54,969 nucleotides of DNA from Nemertoderma westbladi. Taxonomy: Eukaryota; Animalia; Xenacoelomorpha. Where the stretch lies: positions 1 through 54,969 of the forward strand of contig JAUCBJ010006321.1 in the NCBI GenBank assembly GCA_032718475.1, given 5' to 3'. A model generated the notes under the pieces. It did not search any database, was not told the DNA's origin, and worked only from the letters and a program-made list of their open reading frames with translations. The position numbers and the translations under genes are program-made. The first letter of the stretch is position 1. Every line of letters starts with the position of its first letter. Shown piece after piece: positions 12,506 to 25,756 of this stretch.

Positions 12506-12989
12506 CTGAAAACAAAAACAATTATAATCGGTGATAAATTTATTAATATATTAATACCTGGTATATTAAATTGAAAAGGTTTAAAGGTTTATTTTATGCA
12601 GTTTTTGAACTGTTACAGCAACTACTAGCTGGGAGAAACTTTCGAATATCGATATAGGACAACTGTTAAAACCCGGTCTTACAAAACTCCCAAAAGAACC
12701 CAATAGAACACAAAAGAACCTCCCAAAAGAACCCAATACTGTAGAACAAAAAACAACTCAAAATAGAACCCAAAAACACCCAAAAGAATGAAATAGGTGT
12801 GCATAATGAAATTTGTTATGCCAGATTTGTTCAACTTGACTGTATTCAACAATATCTGAAGCATAAAATCACTGTATATTTATAGCATGAATTATAGCAC
12901 AATACAAATGAATCAAACAATTATAAGCACAATAGTTAAAGTTTGTAAGGTAATTTCTAATTGCAGTATGTATCCCCTATAGTACAGCA

Positions 12990-13440
12990 TTGCAATGTCC
13001 TATCCGCATGTCAGTTCTTTATCGACGAATCCCAGGGTGTGCCTTGATCGCCGGCCGCCACGAAGGTACATTGAACTCTTCTGGAGGAGCACGAATTGCA
13101 GACGCCGCCTCACTCTTCCCATAACTCTTTCAAGGCCCCTCTCCCACTTCCCTTAGTGTATAGCGACGGCAGCCTTTATGAACGCTAATGACTTTGATTC
13201 TTGCATTGTCTAATAAACAGCCCCGGATCAGGATCACTTATTTTCATTTGACCTGAAAGGGTCCCACCATGGATTCGAGTAGGTCCACTAATACCTCGCG
13301 GCCTTCATCATGTCGCTTTACGACATGCCCCCCCCTGGCCTATTTACAGCACAGCGCATGTGATGTAGAGAATTTATCCCCACAACCCTTATGGCATTGG
13401 CACCATTGGGGGGTGGGTGTATTGGAAGGCCATATTTTGC
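12990..13440 (-). pseudogene. Remnant of the C-terminus of a CRE-type non-LTR retrotransposon (CCHC knuckle plus restriction-like endonuclease region)
   Basis: Minus-strand translation gives KYGLP..CHKGCGDKFSTSHALCCK*ARGGHVVKRHDEGREVLVDLL, then KISDPD and KWERGLERVMGRVRRRLQFVLLQKSSMYLRGGR. Contains stops, frameshifts and an internal deletion. Confidence 0.7.
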
Positions 13441-13829
13441 TAGGTTGTTAGGTTTATAGGGGCCTCGGGGATATTTTTACAGAATAAATTTTATTTCCTA
13501 TTAAATCACTTATATGTCCGTTTATTTAGACTTTTGGTCCATTTTTTTAGTTTTATTTTACCGATTTAAGTTCTCTGGTACTACTGAGCTGTTCTCTTAG
13601 GCCATCATTACCAGTATCAATATAAGGAAAGAGTGGTGTAAAAGTAATGCCTAAACCCTAGAAAGAATAATATTGCGGAACTGCAATGCTTAGGCCTACT
13701 GATACTGTGAAATTTACTATCACTATTATTTATATTTACTAAAAAATGAATTTACTAATTATTTCAGAATTTTAGTACTGTAGTTAATTTTAAATAACCT
13801 TTGCAGGCCCGGCGCTCAGCCAACTGCGC

Positions 13830-14365
13830 TACCCCGCCTTTGGGAAAAGTTTAGTGTTTTGGTTAGAAAAGTCCGCCTCCGTAACCTGCTCCTTTCCCTG
13901 TATTGCTAAAGAAAACGTTTATTGTTTTGGTTAGAAGAGCCTGCCTTTGTAATCTGCTCATTTCCCTGTATAGCTAAAGAAAGGGTTTATTGTTATGGTT
14001 AGAAACGCTCGCCTTTGTAACCTGCTCCTTTCCCTGTATTGCTAAAGAAAAGGTTTATTGTTTTTGTTAAAAAAAAGCACGCCTCTAAAACCTGCTCCTT
14101 TCCCTGTATTGCTAAAGAAAAGGTTTATTGTTTTGGTTAAAAAAGCCCGCCTCTGTAACCGGCTCCTTTCCCTGTATTGCTGAAGAAATGGTTTACTGTT
14201 TTGGTTAAAAACGCCCGCCTCTGTAACCTGCTCCTTTCACTGTATTGCTAAAGAAAAGATTTATTGTTTTGGCTAAAATAATCCCGCCTCTGTAACCTGC
14301 TCCGTTTCCTGCATGACTAAAGAAAATGTTTATTGTTTTGGTTAGTAAAGCTCGCCTTTGTAATT
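13830..14365. repeat. ~69-bp tandem repeat, ~7.5 copies
   Basis: Recurring CCCGCCTCTGTAACCTGCTCCTTTCCCTGTATTGCTAAAGAAAAGGTTTATTGTTTTGGTTA. A related inverted partial copy lies at 8371-8420. Confidence 0.9.
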
Positions 14366-15725
14366 GTAACAAAAGCTATCCTCTGTGACAGTAGGCCTTA
14401 TACAGTATATAACCAATACGTATACAAACCGAAATCTCGCATTTCTCGAGACTGTGACTGATTTAGTACAAGGTAGCGTAGCCTTCTGTTTAATTTGAGT
14501 TATTTGTTTTAACTCTTGTCTTATGTGGGGCGTGCCAAGAAGTTTGCAGATCCTGTGCGAACTGACACTGCTAGTGGGGTGGCCGGGGATCCAACTTGTC
14601 GGATTTAAAGCTGTCGAATTGAAAATTTACGGCATCAATAAGAGCTAAAGTTTCTTTTCAACAGTGCGAAATGTCTGAATTCCTTTTCTATGGAATAATA
14701 CTTTCCGATTACTCATACATTCTTTGGTTATAGATGCTCCCTCCAAGCCACGGCCCCTAGACTTTACAGTAGTAATCCTACTGTATACATAGACGAGGCC
14801 CTGCAAAGCAACGCTGCAAGTTTGTAAAGCTGATACGTTAAAAGTCTGCCTGCATTTCGTACTGTAGATATTGGTAGCCTTCCACTACTGTGAATTTGAG
14901 TTTTTCTCGTGACTTAGCAAGTAACTTACAGTAGAATGTCAGTATTCTATTAGGTCGGGTTAAGAGTCAGGATAGTTAATTCGAAGAATAGATTCAAGCA
15001 CAAGTGGCAGAAAATCTGCGCAAAAGGACATCTGCAGCAGATTTGAAGGTAAAATCTAATGTTCATAACATATGTAGGTTCTTTTGGGTTCTATCGGGTT
15101 CTTTTGGGTGCTTTTGGGATATTTTGAGTGGGTGCTGGGTTCTTTTGAGTTCTATTGGGTTATTTTGGGTTCTTTCTGGTTTTTTGGGTTCTTTCGGGAG
15201 TTTAGTAGGACCCGTTAAAACTCTTTGCGTACCAACACTTAAAAAGATCCCTTTTCATTGTAAATAATTCGGCACCATGGTCATTAAGGCGGCAGTGTGG
15301 CGCACATGGGCTTCATAGGTAAAACTTTCCGATATGGTTAAAGGCGGTAGGATAATGGATCGTGGGTAGGATAATAGTAATATGTTTATCCTCTTTATAT
15401 AAAAATCTCTGGTGCGATAAGAAAATAAACCTTGGTCCGATCGAATATATTTTTCTTGGTCCTTGGGAAGAACAACAAGTTATGTAAACTAACTTTGGTG
15501 GTACACAAAGGGTTAAGCAGGCTAAGCTTGATATATTGGTAATCTAAGTGCTATGAAATACAAGATAGTTTTCTACTTTATTCGATCTTATAAAAACCAA
15601 TACAGCGATAATGTTCAACGCTCAGCTCATTAATTCATACATTAATCGTGACATGGAATTACTGTAAGAATCAATTACGTTATGTTGAGAAAAGTGCGGA
15701 TTACAATAAATATACAGTTTCTTAC

Positions 15726-15937
15726 CTTGCATATCTCTTTTCTCGAAGTGTGCTTGAGGTTAAAATCGTTACTATGATCAACATGTTCAATGCAATTCCA
15801 ATTGGACAGAACCATGTATAAGAAGCATCATCAAGCATCTTCATTGGCCCAATGACATGTGGACACCCATACCAACCTTCTGTGTCTGTCTGAGAATCCC
15901 AACAAACTCCTTTACCAACTGTGGAATTGCCTTCCAT
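15726..15937 (-). CDS. Class A GPCR, coding exon 1 (N-terminus, TM1)
   Basis: ATG; MEGNSTV (N-glycosylation sequon)...WFCPIGIALNMLIIVTILTSSTLREKRYA(R), with the TM1 GxxxN motif; donor AG|gtaag. The six exons join to 1080 nt / 359 aa. Confidence 0.9.
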
Positions 15938-16545
15938 GTTCAGGGTTAGATGATGGATAGGGTGGACTGACTACTGACTTAGACTTCGTACCGTAAACTG
16001 GTAGCCATCATTTTGTAATTCATTATTTAATTTCTTTATAATTTCCATTATTTAATTTCCTTATTTTAATTTTATTTTTTTTATTGTTTACTGCAGGCCA
16101 TTTATTCTATTTAATGGTAGGCCTAGCTAATAAACTCGAATTTATTTAAATTAATTAATTAATAATAATAATAATAATATTATATTATTATAATATAATT
16201 AATTAATTTAATTTCTTTATAATTTCCATTATTTAATTTTGTAACAATTCAAATGTAAAATGTAAATAAACTGGAAAAAACTAATTTGTTTGATGGTAAT
16301 ACCCGTACTGTACTATGTACCGGTACAGTGGCCTACTGTGGCATCCATGCGGCTGGCTTGCTATACCGGTACTCCATACAAAGTGGTTTCATTCCATGTA
16401 AAAGAAAAACCTTGTTTGAAAAATCAATATTCTCAACATAAAAAATACCAAAAATATTTACAATGGAATTCCATATTTCCTTAGGTTGTGATATAAAGTT
16501 GTGATATAAAACGGTAGGCCAATGCCAGGGGTTGCATCGTAATTA

Positions 16546-16786
16546 AGTAAACTAATTACCAATTGAGAAAAGAAGTCAAATAAGGTAAATGTTCGGGGTC
16601 TTACCTGGCAGAAAAAAAAATGCTGATGTTAGTGAACGTTTTCGCCCTCAGACTATATTATGGTAAAAGTTAAATTATTGTAATAATAATTGCATTCCGC
16701 CACCACTTCAAAAATCCCTCTCTATTATATTACGAGGGTTCTTTTACCTTAATTGACTTCTTTTCTCAATTGGTAATTAGTTTACT
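16546..16786. mobile_element. ~240-bp MITE with ~44-bp TIRs
   Basis: AGTAAACTAATTACCAATTGAGAAAAGAAGTCAA at 16546 is inverted at 16753-16786. Confidence 0.8.
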
Positions 16787-17595
16787 ATATGTTGTTTATT
16801 ATATTTCCTTAGACAGGGCGATTGTTATAGAAAGTGTTTTCTACTCATTGATTAAGAAGAACAGATTTTACAAATTTGTGTGAATTGTGATTCAATGAAC
16901 GATATAATTTTTATTATTATGAAATTTGTCTTGGGAATTTGAAAATCTGGTACAAACAAACAAATTCAAGAGTTATTTCTCATTTTAATCGAACAGTTTC
17001 TTGTGTTCTGGGTATTGTACGTACAGTTTACCATAGACAAATAATGATGTAGGTACATTATACACTGATACCTACGTTATGAGATCTCAACAGCCAGTAA
17101 GACTTCATGATAATGAATCTTTTCATTAGACATATGGATATGAACGATTATGATAATTCTGACTACATTGATTAACAGTTAATCAAAAGTCACAAGCAGC
17201 GTTTAATACATTATCAAATTAACTATATTATTTTAATTTTATTTATATTATAACACATTAATATAATCATGTCTAGTTTGCTAACCCCTGTTCGATGTTT
17301 ATCTTATGTTTATCTTAAATGACCGATATGTAGGTAAATCAGTTTAACTAGTATAATCAACACGTTTAAACCAATACAAAACTGTAAATAGAAAAGAAAA
17401 AGTAAAGAACCGGTATGGATTAGTGGACAACCACTATGGATTGATTACATTAGTATTGCGGAGGTCCGGCCACTAGAGGCCAGTGGAATTACCAGACACA
17501 ATTGGCCTCACAGGCGTCAGTTATCTCCTGACCGGCTGCCTGTGGCCGGAGAGGTCTGGAGTGGTCCTACTGGACAGAGAGCGGCCAACAATTCT

Positions 17596-17990
17596 ACCCC
17601 CGTCACCCCCTGTCCACCCACTCCATCTGTCTCCTACACTCCCTTTTTACCCACTCTATCTACCTCCGACATCCCCTGTCCACCCACTCCATCTAGCACC
17701 GACATCCCCTGTCCACCCACTCTATCTACCTCCGACATCCCCTGTCCACCCACTCCATCTACCTCCGACATCCCCTGTCCACCAACTCCATCTACCTCCG
17801 ATATCCCCTGTCCACTCACTCCAACTACCTCCAACAACCCCTGTTGACCCACCCCACCTACATCCGACATCCGACATCCTACATCCTACACTCTCCACCC
17901 ACTCCATCTACCTCTGACATCCCCTGTCTACCCACTCCATCTATCTCCAACATCCCTTGTTCAATCATTCCATCTACCTCTGACAATCCT
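17596..17990. repeat. 33-bp C-rich minisatellite (CACCCACTCCATCTACCTCCGACATCCCCTGTC), ~11 degenerate copies
   Basis: Direct repetition; source of the Pro-rich ORFs. Followed by an (ACA)n run at 18125-18149, possibly a retroposon tail. Confidence 0.9.
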
Positions 17991-18309
17991 GGCCCTTTAC
18001 CATTTCCGGTTAACATATCCCTGTCCATTTTCGTAGTCGAACCCGATAAACACCTCAGCATCCATTGACAACTGAGCCACTGGGGTTGTATCAATCCTTA
18101 ATACCAAATCCAAAAGGAGAAATTAACAACAACAACAACGACAACAACGGAGTGAATACTAGAGGTCTACGCGGTCCTAAAAAAACGGATTAATTAATAA
18201 AAAGTAAATTAAACTCTAGCATAATTGTCAACTTATATAGATAGTTACGAATATACTCACTAATGTCTTCCCATGACCTACAATAAATATCTATACTAGG
18301 TCATGGCTT

Positions 18310-18580
18310 TCCTACCTTTCGGTTCTAAAAGGTTTGGTCAGCCCGTGATCTTATTCATCTTCCTTGGTATCTTCTTGACTCACATCGTTAACAAACAGTG
18401 TGCTCTCCTCACAGTGATCCATTTTATCACCGACCAGTGCCTCATATCTGTTTTTGACCTCAAGCGATAATTTTTCCTTCGCACAATCACAATAATTATT
18501 TATTAAGGCAGAACAGTGTACATATGCTCTGCTAAGTCTGTGATACTGAGTTTAGTTTTGAACACAACAAGATGATGGAA
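18310..18580 (-). pseudogene. Decayed RTE-like LINE fragment (end of endonuclease / linker)
   Basis: Minus-strand HHLVVFKTKL and KEKLSLEVKNRYEAL resemble the RTE SDH..V and NRFxxL motifs. Confidence 0.4.
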
Positions 18581-19274
18581 ATGCCGCATTATGAGTCATT
18601 GACAGTCACACACTACTATTTATTATAACTACGGTAGTTAGTTAAATATAAAAGGTAATAAATGTTGCTATTAAAGAAACTTGTAGGATATGATTTGTTA
18701 CTCTGTTAATCCGGGTAGGTACTCTAAAGCTCATCTGTGTTTCAGCTAAAAACAAATTACTATCATTTTCTTATTCAATAACTATGTGATATTAGGTCAA
18801 GTATTGTTGTCAACAAAACACTTATATACCTTAACTAAATGAAACTGAAGTTCAATGATATTGGTGCTATACGGAATACTTCTGCCAAACTCACAATATA
18901 ATAACCAAGTGCGCAAACAATGAATTATTTCAGACATATCGTTTTTATAATATAATAGTTTAAGCAATCCGAATTATTCCAGTCTTATCGTGTTAACAAA
19001 ACCCATGTCTAGATTCATGAATGAATCGGAAGTTTACCTCTAATGACAGTATATGGGATATATGCAGTACAATAATGATATTGTCAACATAGACTTATTT
19101 GAAGATGCCGATAATGTTCAACTACTTACTAATATCGGCAGAAGTATAAATTCAGTTATGGATCATAGTCTGTGTCATTTGTTATAGTAACTTTAAGTTA
19201 AAAAAAATAATATAGTCTACCACTTTATACCTAAAAGTACTTTGTAACAAGTATGTATGTAGTTTTATTTCAAA

Positions 19275-19850
19275 ATTGTAACATTACGAAATTATTGTAT
19301 ATATATTATAATTATAAGTGATAGAAACTGCACAAATTAAATTAGTTGCTGTATAAATAGATGTAAAAATGACATAAATTATGTTATAAATAAGTTAGCT
19401 TATATTTATGGTGGCGTTTAGAGCCATGTTATAATAATATAGCTACTGTAGGACCTACTGATGGCCCTACCGGCTATATAGCTATACCCCGCCTACCGGT
19501 AGGTATTGCAGTAGGCCTATCTGGCTGTCAGGCAAATTTCCACCTATTGTTTACAGTTACCTGGTTACACGATTACCTTTTGGTTACAGCACGAAAACAT
19601 TAGGTGGTATTTATTTTTAATTGACTGACAGCCAGTTAGGCCTACTGCATTACCTACGGGTAGCTATTAATAACCGGTTAACCGGTAGCTATAAACTATT
19701 AACATGTCTCCAAACGCCACCATAAATATAAGTTAACTTTTTTATAACTTAATTTATGTCATTTTTATATTTATTTATACAGCAACTAATTTAATTTGTG
19801 CAGTTTCTATAACTTGTAATATATGTACAATCATTTCGTAATGTTATAAT
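19275..19850. mobile_element. ~575-bp foldback (near-complete palindromic) element
   Basis: Arms 19275-19435 and 19698-19850 are inverted copies. Inner arms ~19490-19550 and ~19598-19665 also pair. Confidence 0.85.
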
Positions 19851-19869
19851 ACAATACAAAAACTATTTG

Positions 19870-20350
19870 TCAGGAACTTCGACCAGCTCCTGCTAAAGCA
19901 GAAATAATTCGCTGGGCGTGGCCAGATCTTCCATGGGATGTGGTCCATATTGATTATGCTCCAAACTTTCGGGGATAGGCTCTGATAATTGTAGTTTTTG
20001 TTAAAGCCATTGTAAATGGGTTCAAATTGGTATCACTGCTCACAACTAGACTTGATAGTACGAAAAAAATAGCTATGTTAAAAACATGGTTTACAAGATA
20101 TGGTTACCCAAAAGTTATTGTGAGTAATAATGGTTCGCAATTTAAGTCAGATACTTTTGCTAAATTTATTCGTTCAATTGGAGCAATTCATAAGCCTACA
20201 CCACCTTATTATCCATCAACGAATGGTCTACAGTAGCAGAGAAAACTGTTCAAACAGTGAAACGAACATTAAAGAAGACACCTCCAAGATAAAAAGTCGT
20301 CAGATATTACCAAACTCGTTGACGTTTGCATACAGGCACACCCCACATTT
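19870..20350 (+). pseudogene. Ty3/Gypsy integrase core remnant
   Basis: VHIDYA upstream; LKTWFTRYGYPKVIVSNNGSQFKSDTFAKF..GAIHKPTPPYYPSTNG, then a frameshifted AEKTVQTVKRTLKK. Confidence 0.85.
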
Positions 20351-20712
20351 GGTAACACGTGTTTCTTTTTGTTTTTTTTTGGGTTCTACAACTTGTCCTT
20401 CTCTTATCCTTTTCCTTTCCTACTTTCAGGCTTTCATATGTGGGCTTGGCACAGACATGACATATTATTTATCTTACTGGTTGGTGTGTGTTTATTAGGT
20501 TATTGTGTTTACCCTGTCGTCAGCCTATAAATAGGCCCAATATCGTTGTCTTAGTTCAGTTGTCAGATGATATTATCTATTCAGTTGCTAATCAGTTGCC
20601 GTTCGTATTTTAATTCATTTCGCTGTTCGTTTTTATATTTGTTTTTAGTCCATCATTCTGCAACATTCCGACCTACTGTACCACTGTTAATAAAATATAA
20701 TCGAACTACAAT
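20351..20712 (+). mobile_element. Possible LTR following the integrase remnant
   Basis: TG...CA boundaries, TATAAATA at 20526, AATAAA at 20689. No second copy in the window. Confidence 0.35.
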
Positions 20713-21572
20713 GTATAAACTCATGTTTTCAACATTCATCGATGCCACTGAACCCCCGTTACCCAGTCACCCCACTCTACTATCTACCGCAAACAACGTT
20801 CACACTGCGCACAATCCCCGCGGTGCCGCGCCGGCTAGGCGCCTACCGCAAGTTTAATACAATAGTAGTCCAAATCGCAGATAAAGCAATCAAGCTTGGC
20901 CAAAGTATTATTTTATACGATTAATTTTTATGCTAAATGGTAAAAAAGTGATGCACAATCTGTGTAATGAGGACAACCCTTGATGTTCGTAGTGTGATTT
21001 AGTTGATTCTGCTGATCAATAAAGACCGTGCTGTTGCATAGCTGAGAGGAACGCTTGAGCAAAGGCTGCTCGTTGTATGCAGGACATACAATCAGATGGA
21101 ATTTCAGATGAAATAGACTCAACTCATTAGACAGATATGGGCCCAGGTGGAGCAGACTACGCAAAACCCGGCGATAGGACCCATACAGTTCCAACATTTC
21201 TGTGGCATTTTTTTTTTTAATTTTGTATAAAGAAAGATAAAAAGTTGTTAATGAAAATGTATAACATCACAAACTAGACCCTGATGCAGGTATCTAATAA
21301 GATAAGGTATCAATACTGATGTACAGTACACCAATCGTCCCAATCACCAGTACAAGAAAAAGGTTAATTCTTCACTTATATTACTGTATTATACTCAGTT
21401 CAAATTTTTTTCTGCCTATAGTGGACACCATAGAGAGAACATGTAAGCAGATTCAATTCCCTTCACAACCCACCCTAAAATTGGACCAGTGGCATTTTAC
21501 CAATATAGTTGGCGATGCAAGATTACCAATAATTAATCTCGCCTCACAACCAACTCGGGGGGGGGGGGGGGG

Positions 21573-22085
21573 GCGACACAGACCCTAAAGCCGCAGAGGG
21601 AGGTGAGAGGTCAAACCATCTCGGAGGGAGAACCAGCTAGTTGAGGTTAGCAGCAGGGGGTAACACCTACAGGGAGTGCCAAAGTGACAATTAGTATATA
21701 AGCCAATAGTGGGCAGGGGAGCACGTGGGGGAAGAACAGCAGAGCATCCGTTAGGTAGCAGAGGCCACAGTAACGTAGGGGTGAAACCAATATGTACATG
21801 TGTATCAATCATATAGCTACTCTGATTACTGATTTACCGGTCAGTTCATTAATCACACAGTTAGGGACCGGCAATAGTTTCGACCGTCATTTCATATACT
21901 GCTGTCATCATTCTGTATTGCAATTCCTACTATTGTTTGTTATACATACTGTGCTATTATCATTAGAATATTAACACCGAGAAACACAAATATCTTCGGC
22001 CAAAGATATTAGTCCAGCAGCCCAGCAGCGAAGTGACGCGTACAACCTAACCCGGTCGGGATCCTTGAACTCAATCCCTGTCACA
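21573..22085. mobile_element. Possible solo or 3' LTR
   Basis: Poly-G tract (PPT-like) followed by GCGACA...; ends TGTCACA. GC-richer than the flanks. No partner copy. Confidence 0.3.
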
Positions 22086-22712
22086 GAACAACTCACACAC
22101 ACAACAGAAAGAAAGACTGGCATACTTTCACATGGGCCGAATATGTTCATAAAAAGCTTTAGAGAGCTTTATCTTTCCCTAATGCAACACGGCGAATTCG
22201 TGACGGTTGTCACAAACAGGAAGCATTCAACAGTCAAACTAAATTTAGTCAGACAGAATTTGATCTACAATATATGCGCAATATATTTAATATTTTATGC
22301 TACTGTAGTGACGTGCAAGCACGCGGGATGTAAATCTTCAATCTTCAGAATACTTATATTAATAATAATTAATTAATATACTAATATTTAATTTTTTAAA
22401 TCACTTTGTTCCTTTAGGCCTGACAATGATCCAATTTTCTAAACCTACGTTTCCCTCTCATGATTCTAATTACACCAATTATTGTAGTACTACAGTTGAA
22501 GGCCTACATTATTATTAAAATTCATTCACCTGGAATTAGTAATAAATTCACATTCGCCCATACCTTGACTGAGAAGGCTATCAGCTGTATAAAATATTTA
22601 ACACACACTAATGCTACCCTATGAAGAATTTCAAGTTTGTAAGGGAGTGGAGTTTAGGCAGTAGGGCCTAAGCAAACAGTATGGGTGTACTAAGTACACC
22701 CACCTTGGACAC

Positions 22713-23000
22713 CTTATCGATTTATACTAAGCCAGTGTAGAAATCCATTACATTTTTCATCATGAACACCAGCTGTTATTGGTGTTATTTTACCATTGCG
22801 TCTATGGCACTTTTCGTTTATTTCATTTTTTGCAAAAACTAATGACTGTATTTTTCTGAAAATTGCTTTATACACCCATTCAGACCATACACTACAGGAG
22901 GGTAATAAAATCAGCACAATAGACCGGATAGTTTTGGAGCTTTTCGTGTGACCTACAAACAAACAGACAAACAGACACGATTTTCTTACAGTAAGTAAAT
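22713..23000. mobile_element. Non-autonomous Helitron/Helentron-like element with ACAA/ACAG microsatellite
   Basis: Typical layout ending ...CCTACAAACAAACAGACAAACAGACACG. Family assignment is by general resemblance only. Confidence 0.4.
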
Positions 23001-24279
23001 CTGAAGATTTACAAATAAAATTATCATCTCTACTAAGGCAATAACGGCACTCTGTTCCCAATAAGAGGGCCTAGTAACAAGGTGGTAACCCAGGGAAAAC
23101 AAGAGGCCGCACCCGCAACCCATCACAATACCAATATTTTGTATTCCATCCAGTCCGCCCGGTTATAACTGTTTTTCTCACAAAATCGTTTGTGGCACCG
23201 CAGATAGAAGCTGCGATATATAAGATGTAAAACCTGTTTGTATCCTTGATTGGTTGAAGTTCTACCACGCTGTCCAGATTAAAGTGTAGTACTCCACTAT
23301 AAAGCTTGTTTCATTCCTCTAAATAACCTCACCATCACCAATGGATACGGTAAAATATCCAATTATATGTTCCTTTTTATTAATGGTGGTGATTTGGTTC
23401 CGCCTATCTGCAGTGGCTTTACCTGGGCTAAATATTGTTAAGTCGGTGTTAGTTATTTGACAGGCATGCAGCACCTGCACTTTATTGCGTTTTATACATA
23501 AGTACCGTATACTGCTGGTTACTGTAATACTACATATACTGCTTATCTGCGCATTTTACATCTTATTATGACATTGTTATTATTTTTGTATTTATTCGCT
23601 GCAATAGATACAACATTATGTGGTTCTTAATATTATTTATGCTTGTTTATATAAGAGTGTGGGGGTTGCGCAGGGAGAGTGGGGGGTTCCGCAGGTGGGG
23701 GGGGGGGGGGGGGGGGGTGCGTCGGTGGGAGTGGTTGCGAAGGGGGTGTGGGGGGTTGCGCATTCATTCATTCAACCCCACCCCCCCCCCCCCCCCCCCC
23801 CCCTTACGTACTTTTACCTTAGTAAAAGTACCTTCAGTACGTACTGCACTTTTGTCAATTATTTTAAATTTAGGTGCTACTGTATAATGAATTTTGTATA
23901 ATGCTGTTACTGATTCCGTATAGGCTTACTATTGTTGGGATAATCATTAATCACGGACAATAAACAAATACTGTAGGAATTATGTGGTATTTTGAGATGA
24001 AAATAAGAGTTGAGAATGAATTTCATGAAAACCTCATGTAACACTTATTATGGTGCTCGCACAAAATTATTTCAAATATTTATGTCAAATTATATCATAA
24101 AAAGAGATAGACAATATATAGGTTTTATTTTATTCCATATATTTATACAGTACCGGTATGTCCGTCTTGTCTGCGATAGTTCGGTGGGTGTAGTTTATAA
24201 TTAGCCGAATAAATTTTGAACTTTATATACTTGAACTTTATGAACTGAATCATCGACATTGGAATTTTTGCGTCCGTCC

Positions 24280-24550
24280 ATGGAGGATCAGAGGTTCGAG
24301 AGTGAAGATCCGACATCCAATCGGAATGAAAGTGGCCATGATGGTGCGGGGCAAATAACCAATCAGGATAAAGAAGAGACAATGTTGTTGAAAGATGCCG
24401 CAATGAAACCGTTGCGAATGGAGGAAATCCTCCGTAGTATCGGCGGATTCGGTCGTTACCAGTGTTTCATTTACTTTGGTATCGCCGCTGTAGTATCCAT
24501 ACTGTCAGCCTTGCCAACAATGGAAATGGTCTTTTTTGATGCCAAAACGG
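24280..24550 (+). CDS. SLC22-family organic cation/anion transporter, exon 1
   Basis: MEDQRF...MEEILRSIGGFGRYQCFIY...MVFFDAKT carries the SLC22 N-terminal GxFGxxQ signature; donor G|gttcgt, phase 1. Confidence 0.9.
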
Positions 24551-25756
24551 GTTCGTTCATATATTATTATCATTATACTTTAAGCCTACTTAGTTGTAGT
24601 TAGAGATTTGGTTTCATGGAAAACATGGGTTTCCATGGTTATATACCAAAAATAAGCTTTAATCGTTAAATACAATTCACTGCTAAGAGAGGGCTAAGAG
24701 CCAGTAAAGCAAATGTTTTTTTTTATGAATACATCTTCAGTCAATGCAACCATTCAATTAGATTCAGAAATGTTTTTATACAAAACTCCAATTGGGAGCA
24801 AGATGGGCTGAACCGTCGTCTCAGAATAATGTAAGCAGTATATCAACTACAGTTCCTCACAACAGGAGAACGGCTAATAACCGGGGATCTATAAAGTATG
24901 ATGAGTAGTTGTGCGAACCGAAGTGATAGTAGATAGCCACGAGGGGATGAGGTGTGACGAAAAGACTATCACAACAATATCAAACAATGGATTATTGATA
25001 GTAACAATACCCCTAAGTCCCATAGATCCCTTCCTATAATAAACAATGGATTGTATACTATACTATATATACTATACTGTACTAATAAACGAGTATATAC
25101 TACTGTATATACTATACTCGAGCGCACGAAGGCGCAATCATCTGGTCAAACCGGCATTTATTTATTTAATTCTACATTCATTAAAAACTTATGTTTAAAA
25201 TATTTAAAAGCGTCTGTAGACAGTAAAATCATAAATTAAAACACGTATTCAAAGTTTGTAAGGCAGCACGGGACGGGGGAGGGTTTCAACCAATATGAAA
25301 GTTTGTATTTATCGGATGCCATGGAAATCCAGAATGCCGTCGTGTTGCACAGCCAGCGGAACGAAATGTTTGTCTGGTAGATGTGAGGCAGCTAGATATC
25401 AATTCACCATTATTCTTCGTACACCATGATGGTGGTTGGGACTGGAATCGTGAGTTTAGACTATTCTTACTATAATTATAGATTGTGAAAGATTTGAGAT
25501 CTGGTAGGGGAAAGGATAGCAAGGCATTGCGATACAAACTATGTACCCCAGCGTGTTTCGAGCTATCTCGTGGTTGTTGTAACATAATACTCAGAGCTGA
25601 TTGGAGCGGAATACTCGGGCATGCTTTCACTCTTAATATGAGTCCAACTATTGACTTGTAAGCTTCACTGGAAAGGGGAAGTGTCTCTGTTACGTAATGT
25701 AGAGTATCATTACTGACATAGTTGCCCAGACAAAGCAGATTTTGAAGTTGCTTCCT

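Larger units (their letters stand above)
12673..15214. mobile_element. 2.5-kb non-autonomous DNA transposon with TIRs and subterminal AAAAGAACCC repeats; superfamily unassigned
   Basis: Left CCGGTCTTACAAAACTCCC versus right reverse complement CGGGTCCTACTAAACTCCC. Inverted 10-11-bp subrepeat arrays at 12690-12790 and 15076-15200. TTAAAAC is duplicated on both flanks (12666-12672, 15215-15221). Confidence 0.8.

Noticed and set aside
17483-18094. Pro-rich/extensin-like ORFs
   Set aside because: They arise from the 33-bp minisatellite in several frames on both strands.
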